From Rhodospirillales bacterium (GTDB lineage Bacteria; Pseudomonadota; Alphaproteobacteria; Rhodospirillales; JAPHTL01), in contig JAPHTL010000075.1 in assembly GCA_026193355.1 (NCBI GenBank), forward strand, positions 1-38,802: a stretch of 38,802 nt of DNA. The letters run 5' to 3'. Both the position numbers and the translations under genes were made by a program. Under the pieces are notes generated by a model, which saw nothing but the letters and a program-made list of their open reading frames with translations, was not told the DNA's origin and searched no databases. Positions 31,066 to 36,825 of this stretch are shown piece by piece (within the stretch, counting starts at the first letter, position 1; the number at the start of each line of letters is the position of its first letter).

Positions 31066-31956
31066 ATGAGGTTCGGAATTTTCCTGGCCTTTATGGCGGC
31101 TTTGATTCTTTCCCTTCCCCAACCGGCCGACGCCCAGATGGGGTCGGGCAAACGTGGCATGATGGGGGGGGGTGGAAAGGGAAGCGGCGGCTACATGGGC
31201 GGCAAGAAAGGCAATGGAACGGAAACGCCCGAAAGCCCGACAGGCAATGGAAAAATAAAGAAAATACCGGAACAGCTTGAGCAGATGGGCCTGTTCGCCG
31301 TCGGTTTGAAGGCCGTTCTTCCATCGGCGGCGAAATGCGAAGGCATTGCGTCACCCTTCGGCAGTTCGACACGTTACGACGGCAGCTATCGCAACAACGA
31401 GCATGGCGGCTATCACAGCGGCCTCGATATCACACTAACCATCGGCACGCCTCTCCTCGCCATCGCCGATGGGGAGGTCATCCATGGCGGCGAAGGCGGC
31501 TTGCTGGTGGGAAATTTCCTGTGGATGCGCCATGCACCAGAAGACACCGGGCTGCCTTTTTACGCCTTCGTCAAGTACCAGCACCTTGATAAACCCCCGT
31601 CTTTGCAGGCCGGGGACAAGATGAAGATGGGGCAGGCCGTTGGTCTGAGCGGCCTGACGGGAACACAGGGCGGGCACTATGGAGCGACTGGTTATCCCCA
31701 TCTTCACATGACGGTCTATGCGAGCGATGTTTCCGACTACGAGGCTTTTAAATTCATGGTCCGGGTCAAGAACATGCGTTATCTCGATCCGCTGGCCCTC
31801 TATATCACCACGCCGGGGACGGTCTACGAGAACCACGCCTTGCGCGACCTTCCTGACGACCAGAAGGAGGTTTCCGTTCCATACAAGGATACGGTGGGAA
31901 ACATGTTTCCGAAAGACACCCGGCTGGTCTGGCCCGTCGCCTGCGAACCGAAATAG
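31066..31956 (+). CDS. Secreted M23 family metallopeptidase
   Basis: Track ORF starts at 30892 inside the FadB-type gene. ATG 31066 follows GGAGGTG and gives the signal peptide MRFGIFLAFMAALILSLPQPADAQ. M23 motifs HSGLDITL (HxxxD) and YPHLHMTVY (HxH). A Gly/Lys-rich linker follows the signal peptide. Confidence 0.85.
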   Translation: MRFGIFLAFMAALILSLPQPADAQMGSGKRGMMGGGGKGSGGYMGGKKGNGTETPESPTGNGKIKKIPEQLEQMGLFAVGLKAVLPSAAKCEGIASPFGSSTRYDGSYRNNEHGGYHSGLDITLTIGTPLLAIADGEVIHGGEGGLLVGNFLWMRHAPEDTGLPFYAFVKYQHLDKPPSLQAGDKMKMGQAVGLSGLTGTQGGHYGATGYPHLHMTVYASDVSDYEAFKFMVRVKNMRYLDPLALYITTPGTVYENHALRDLPDDQKEVSVPYKDTVGNMFPKDTRLVWPVACEPK

Positions 31957-31962
31957 TCGGGG

Positions 31963-32778
31963 TCAGGTTTTTTGACGAAGGGCGGCATGGCGGAGGCTCA
32001 TTCCACTTCCTGCCGCCCTGTCTGTTGAATGGCAGCGGGTCTGGCATTCGAAGCAGTAGTAGTAATTGCCGGTCATGAAGTTCTGCCACAGCTCACGCAG
32101 GGCGTGGCCGTCGATCACCGTCTTCGCCGAACTGCCGCGGTCGAACATGTCGCCCATGAATTTCTGGAAGGCGCGAAAGCCGTAGCGGAAGATGTGGTCG
32201 CCGCACTTCTTCTTGTCGATTCTTCCTTCGCCCGACAGGGCTTTTGTCGGGCAGTGGGTTATGCATTCCATGCAGTGATCGCAGGCGTCTTTTTCCAGCG
32301 GTTTTCCCGGCGGAAGGTCGGCATCCGTGACCAGTCCCGCGATGCGGATGGCGGAACCGAATTCGGGCGTTACCAGAAGGCCGCTCTCGCCATAGGACCC
32401 GAGCCCTGCCAGATATCCGGCCTGCCGCCAGCTGATTTCGCCGCGCATGCCCTTCTTTGGGTTGCGCATGTCGATGGGGATGAAGGCAGGCACGGCGGCC
32501 GCCCGATACCCCTGATCCTCAAGATGCCGGGCGGCGGCTTGCGCGGCCCGTCCGCTTTCATCGTAGGCGTGAATGGTGTCGAACTGGCGAACCTCGTTAT
32601 TGCGTGAGGCGATGGCGGAGAGGTTGTGCCGGGCGATGGTGATGACGACACGCCGTGCACCGGGCAGGATGCGTTCGATGGCCTCGGCGTGTTCTGGCGT
32701 TTCGGCGACATCGGCAACGCCGACCAGATCGGCCCCGGCCTTACGGGCTGCTTCCACTACGTCTTCATGCAACGTCAC
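31963..32778 (-). CDS. Short QueG/reductive-dehalogenase-superfamily iron-sulfur protein (epoxyqueuosine-reductase-like), function unknown
   Basis: Track ORF extends to 33057, but that part overlaps the upstream GST gene. GTG 32778 (VTLHEDVVEAARKAG...) follows GGGGGAAG by 4 nt and lies 19 nt after the GST stop. The core RQAGYLAGLGSYGESGLLVTPEFGSAIRIAGLVTDADLPPGKPLEKDACDHCMECITHCPTKAL parallels the QueG block (AGLGWIGKN.LLI.P.YGSW.FLGEI.T...L..D.P....CG.C..C...CP). Second Cys group: KKKC...YYCFECQTRC. At 271 aa it is much shorter than canonical QueG. Confidence 0.7.
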   Translation of the reverse strand: MTLHEDVVEAARKAGADLVGVADVAETPEHAEAIERILPGARRVVITIARHNLSAIASRNNEVRQFDTIHAYDESGRAAQAAARHLEDQGYRAAAVPAFIPIDMRNPKKGMRGEISWRQAGYLAGLGSYGESGLLVTPEFGSAIRIAGLVTDADLPPGKPLEKDACDHCMECITHCPTKALSGEGRIDKKKCGDHIFRYGFRAFQKFMGDMFDRGSSAKTVIDGHALRELWQNFMTGNYYYCFECQTRCHSTDRAAGSGMSLRHAALRQKT

Positions 32779-32797
32779 CGAACTTCCCCCTGAAAAA

Positions 32798-33499
32798 TCA
32801 GCCCTTCTTGATGACCTCTGCGCCCTGGCCAAACAGGATCTTCTTGGCTTCTTCGCTGACCGTCGGTGCGGTGTTGATCGCCTTGCCCTTCTCGTAGGCG
32901 CGTTTGGTTGCCGGTCGCTCCCAAATCGCCGCGTACCAGCGGGCGATATTGGGGAAGTCCGCAAGGTCGATCGACTGCCGCTCGTGCAGCACCACCCAGG
33001 GGTAACAAGCCATATCGGCGATCGAGTAATCCCCGGAAATAAAATCCCGTCCTTCAAGCTGTTTGTTCAACACTGCATAGAGCCGCGCCGTTTCCTTGAC
33101 GTAGCGTTCTATGGCGTAGGGGATTTTCTCGGGCGCGTAGGTGGAAAAGTGGTGGTTCTGTCCCAGCATCGGGCCCAGACCGCCCATCTGCCAGAACAAC
33201 CACTGCAGGGTTTCGTGCCTTCCGCGCAGTGTGGTGGGCAGGAACTTGCCGTACTTTTCCGTCAGATAGAGCAGAATTTCACCTGATTCGAACAGCGCCA
33301 GCGGCCCTTCCATGTCTTCGGGCGTGCGATCGACGAGGGCGGGGATCCTGTTGTTGGGCGATATCTTCAGGAAATTCGGTTCGAACTGCGCCCCCTTGGA
33401 AATATCCACGGGAACGATCTCGTAGGGGATGCCTGCCTCTTCAAGGAACAGCATCGGTTTGTAGCCGTTGGGCGTGGTCCAGAAGTAAAGGTCGAGCAT
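32798..33499 (-). CDS. yfcG: Nu-class glutathione S-transferase, YfcG-like (GSH-dependent disulfide-bond oxidoreductase type)
   Basis: Track ORF of 233 aa. The N-terminus MLDLYFWTTPNGYKPMLFLEEAGIPYEIVPVDISKGAQFEPNFLKISPNNRIPALVD is near-collinear with E. coli YfcG as I remember it (MIDLYFAPTPNGHKITLFLEEA...GGQF.PEFL.ISPNNKIPAIVD). Confidence 0.85.
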   Translation of the reverse strand: MLDLYFWTTPNGYKPMLFLEEAGIPYEIVPVDISKGAQFEPNFLKISPNNRIPALVDRTPEDMEGPLALFESGEILLYLTEKYGKFLPTTLRGRHETLQWLFWQMGGLGPMLGQNHHFSTYAPEKIPYAIERYVKETARLYAVLNKQLEGRDFISGDYSIADMACYPWVVLHERQSIDLADFPNIARWYAAIWERPATKRAYEKGKAINTAPTVSEEAKKILFGQGAEVIKKG

Positions 33500-33516
33500 G
33501 TCGATGGTCCCTTTCT

Positions 33517-34206
33517 TTACCAGTAGCCCGGCTCATTCCGGCCAAGGCCGTCGAACAGGTCGAGGCAGCGTTCAAACCAGGCGTAAACGGGATCGTCTTC
33601 CTCCAGCACACGATAGTCGCTGATCGTTCGCGCCCACTGGAACCCGCCGAAGGCCGCGTAGTCGGGATAAAGTGGACTTTCGCCGCCGATGAAGGGTTGA
33701 CCGTCCAGCATCTTGCGCAGGGGGTAGAGGCTGCGGCGGAAAGCCGCAAGATTGTCGTCGCGTCCTCCCTGAACCTCTTCCAGGGGTTTGCGGAAACGCT
33801 TTTCGCGGCTTTCGCGGAAGTAGCCCTGATCCTTTGGGTCAAGCCGCGTCTGTATGTCATGGATGATCAGGGGCGCCAATCCGGCGTTGATCGTGGCGTC
33901 CACCCAGCCATTGATGAAACGCGACATGGAACGGCCCGCGTCCCCGCCGAACAACGAGGGGCGATCCGCATAGGTGTCTTCCAGATATTCGGCGATGGTC
34001 CAGCTATCGCCAACCACCTTGCCGCCATCCTCGATCACCGGGATGGTTTTCTGGTTGCCGTCGGCAATCCCCGGAATGTCGGTGAACAGGGTGGCCCTTG
34101 CGTCGGTATCCAATCCCTTGTGCGCCAGCGCCATGCGGGTGCGCCAGCAATTGGGGCTGAACCGTCGGCCTTCAGCGTCGGCGAGGTCATAGAGAACGAT
34201 GCTCAT
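33517..34206 (-). CDS. Glutathione S-transferase, LigE/LigP beta-etherase-like subfamily
   Basis: Track ORF of 229 aa. The blocks VLYDL...RFSPNCWRTRMALAHKGLD, IPVIEDGGKVVGDSWTIAEYLEDTYADRPSLFGG, GYFRESREKRF...LEEVQGGRDD and FERCLDLFDGLGRN run parallel to my recollection of Sphingobium LigE (TLYDL...ISPYVWRTKYALKHKGFD, VPVIVDDGEWVLDSWVIAEYLDEKYPDRPMLF, DRGFDLFDGLGRH). The subfamily call rests on memory, not a search. Confidence 0.75.
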   Translation of the reverse strand: MSIVLYDLADAEGRRFSPNCWRTRMALAHKGLDTDARATLFTDIPGIADGNQKTIPVIEDGGKVVGDSWTIAEYLEDTYADRPSLFGGDAGRSMSRFINGWVDATINAGLAPLIIHDIQTRLDPKDQGYFRESREKRFRKPLEEVQGGRDDNLAAFRRSLYPLRKMLDGQPFIGGESPLYPDYAAFGGFQWARTISDYRVLEEDDPVYAWFERCLDLFDGLGRNEPGYW

Positions 34207-34224
34207 GGTTATCCTTTCCCGGTA

Positions 34225-35550
34225 TCAGTCGATGGAACGGAGGACAGAGATCAACGTTTCGGCGATCTCGTCCATCTGGGCGGTTTCAATGATCAGCGGC
34301 GGCGACAAGGCGATGATATCACCTGTGACGCGGATCAAAAGCCCCGCCTCGTAGGCCTTGGTGAATGCCTCGAATGCCCGCGCGCCGGGTGCGCCGGAGC
34401 GGGGTTCCAGCTCAATCCCCGCGACAAGGCCAAGGTTGCGGATGTCTGTAACGTGGGGAAGATTCCTCAACCCATGCACCATAGCCTCCCACGCAGGCGA
34501 CAGTTCGGCGGCGCGGGCGAACAAACCTTCGCGTTCGTAAAGTTCAAGGGTCGCCATCCCGGCGGCGCAGGCCAGCGGATGGGCGGAATAGGTATAGCCG
34601 TGGAACAGTTCGATGGGGGTTTCGGACTTGTCCATGAACGTATCATAGATGCCCTGTCGCACCGCCACCGCCCCCATCGGCACTGCGCCATTGGTCAGGC
34701 CCTTGGCCATCGTCACCATGTCGGGGACGACGCCGAACAGGTTGGTGGCGAATGCGGAGCCAAGCCGCCCGAACCCGGTGATGACCTCGTCGAAGATCAG
34801 CAGGATGCCGTGCCTGTCGCAAATCGCGCGCAGGCGCTCCAGATAACCCCTGGGCGGGATCAGGACGCCGGTCGATCCGGCCATCGGCTCGACGATGACA
34901 GCGGCAATGGTTGAGGGATCGTGAAGGGCGATGATGGCTTCCAGCGCATCGGCCTTGTCCGCCCCGTGTTCGGGCTGTCCGCGGGTAAAGGCGTTGCGCA
35001 TCGGATCATGGGTGTGCGGCAGATGGTCAACTCCGGGCAGCATGGCGCCGAAATGTTTGCGGTTGGGTGAAATGCCGCCCACCGATATGCCGCCGAAGCC
35101 GACGCCATGGTAACCGCGCTCACGTCCGATCAGTCTGGTCCGCGAAGCCTCGCCCCGCATGCGGTGGTAGGCGATGGCGATTTTCAGCGCCGTATCCACC
35201 GCCTCCGAGCCGGAGTTGGTGAAGAACACGCGGTTGAGGTCTCCGGGCAGAAGATCGCCAACCTTGGAGGCCAGTTCGAATGCCTGGGGGTGGCCCACCT
35301 GAAACGGCGGGGCGAAATCCATAACGCCGGCCTGTCTGCGAATCGCTTCGACAATCGGTTCGCGTCCGTGGCCTGCGTTGACGCACCAAAGGCCCGCTGT
35401 GCCGTCCAGGACCGTCCGCCCGTCGTGGGTGGTGTAATGCATGCCCTTTGCCGCCACCAGCATGCGCGGCGCGGCCTTGAACTGGCGGTTTGCGGTGAAT
35501 GGCATCCAGTAGGATTCAAGGTCGTTCACGCGGCGGGAATCAACGCTCAT
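34225..35550 (-). CDS. Class-III PLP-dependent omega-aminotransferase (beta-alanine/omega-amino acid--pyruvate transaminase type)
   Basis: Track ORF of 441 aa. Blocks: YWMPFTANRQFKAAPRMLVAAKGMHYTTHDGRTVLDGTAGLWCVNAGHGR, FFTNSGSEAVDTALK, LLIFDEVITGFGRLG, and PLP-lysine block PDMVTMAKGLTNG. Confidence 0.9.
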   Translation of the reverse strand: MSVDSRRVNDLESYWMPFTANRQFKAAPRMLVAAKGMHYTTHDGRTVLDGTAGLWCVNAGHGREPIVEAIRRQAGVMDFAPPFQVGHPQAFELASKVGDLLPGDLNRVFFTNSGSEAVDTALKIAIAYHRMRGEASRTRLIGRERGYHGVGFGGISVGGISPNRKHFGAMLPGVDHLPHTHDPMRNAFTRGQPEHGADKADALEAIIALHDPSTIAAVIVEPMAGSTGVLIPPRGYLERLRAICDRHGILLIFDEVITGFGRLGSAFATNLFGVVPDMVTMAKGLTNGAVPMGAVAVRQGIYDTFMDKSETPIELFHGYTYSAHPLACAAGMATLELYEREGLFARAAELSPAWEAMVHGLRNLPHVTDIRNLGLVAGIELEPRSGAPGARAFEAFTKAYEAGLLIRVTGDIIALSPPLIIETAQMDEIAETLISVLRSID

Positions 35551-35624
35551 GGATCGGAATTCCTTGGAAAGATCAGAATGGTTGTCGGACGATCATGTTT
35601 GGGATGGCGGCCTTGTTCAAGACC

Positions 35625-36764
35625 CTATTCATCCCCTTCCAGATCGAGTTTGAGTGAAAGGAAGGCCAGCAGGTCCTTCAGGGTCAGCAGGCCGATCAGA
35701 TGGCCGTTGTCATCCACGACCATCAGGCGGCTGTTTCCCGTCCTGTTCATCAGGGCCAGCGCATCGACCGTCTCGTTGTCCGGCGCGATGATGTTGGTGA
35801 TATCGCAATCGCCCATGATCTGTTCGACGGAAAACCGGTGCCATTGGTCATGGGGCACCGCCTTGACGGAATGTGCGGTGACGCATCCCGCCACGCGACC
35901 GTCATGGTCTGTGACGGGAAAAAACTCGTGATGGGTGGGGTAGACGATATCCTGCACGAAATCGGCAAGTGGCATGCCCGGACGAACGGCAACGACGTTG
36001 GTGGTCATGAAGCGGCTGACGGGTTCACCCGTCAGGACGCGTTTTGCCTCCATCTGTTGAACCGATCCCGCAGCGGCGGCCCGCAGGAACAAGCCAATCA
36101 GGCCCCACCACATGCCGCCGACCACATTGCCGCCGATCAGCTGGATGAACCCCAGAAGTATGAGCATCAGGCCAAAGATGGAGCCAGACTGCGCCGCGAT
36201 CCGGGTCGCCGCGCGCAAGTCTCCACGCAGATGCCAGAGCGCGGCGCGTAGCGCCCGCCCGCCGTCAAGCGGGAAGGCAGGAACCAGGTTGAAGGCCGCG
36301 AGGATGCCGTTGATCAACGCCAGATATCCGGCGACGCCGACGGTCGCCACATCCAGCCCCCAGTCCTTGCCGATCCGCGAGACGGCGAAAAAGAACAGGG
36401 CCAGCGCGCCGCTGGCGATCGGCCCCGCGATGGCCATGAGGAACTCGGATTTCGGGTCGGGCGGTTCACGGTCCATCTCGGCGACCCCGCCGAAAATGAA
36501 AAGGGTGATGCCCTTGATCGGGATTCCGAACTGCCGCGCGACCACCGAATGGGCCAGTTCATGCAGGATGATCGAGAAGAAAAGGCCAAGCGCCCCGACG
36601 ACCCCCATGGTCCAGTAGGTGCTCTGGCTCAGCCCGTCGTAGTAGCCGGGGAAAAAGCCCTGCGCCAAAGACCATGTGACCAGCGCGGCGATGAATATCC
36701 AGCTGAAATCGACATAGATACGAAAGCCGAGAAGATCAAAAAGGCTGATGCGTTTGCCGAACAT
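35625..36764 (-). CDS. M50 (site-2 protease) family metallopeptidase with C-terminal CBS pair
   Basis: Track ORF of 379 aa. HELAHSVVARQFG (HExxH) lies within a TM region, followed by FGGVAEM and NLVPAFPLDGGR (the LDG motif). Two CBS repeats at the C-terminus (NVVAVRPGMPLADF..., RLMVVDDNGHLIGLLTLKDLL). Confidence 0.88.
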   Translation of the reverse strand: MFGKRISLFDLLGFRIYVDFSWIFIAALVTWSLAQGFFPGYYDGLSQSTYWTMGVVGALGLFFSIILHELAHSVVARQFGIPIKGITLFIFGGVAEMDREPPDPKSEFLMAIAGPIASGALALFFFAVSRIGKDWGLDVATVGVAGYLALINGILAAFNLVPAFPLDGGRALRAALWHLRGDLRAATRIAAQSGSIFGLMLILLGFIQLIGGNVVGGMWWGLIGLFLRAAAAGSVQQMEAKRVLTGEPVSRFMTTNVVAVRPGMPLADFVQDIVYPTHHEFFPVTDHDGRVAGCVTAHSVKAVPHDQWHRFSVEQIMGDCDITNIIAPDNETVDALALMNRTGNSRLMVVDDNGHLIGLLTLKDLLAFLSLKLDLEGDE

Positions 36765-36825
36765 GGGAAGCCCGCCTGTCCATTGGGAATTCAGGGTGGC
36801 ATGGCGCGCCCGCGCCTGTAAACCG

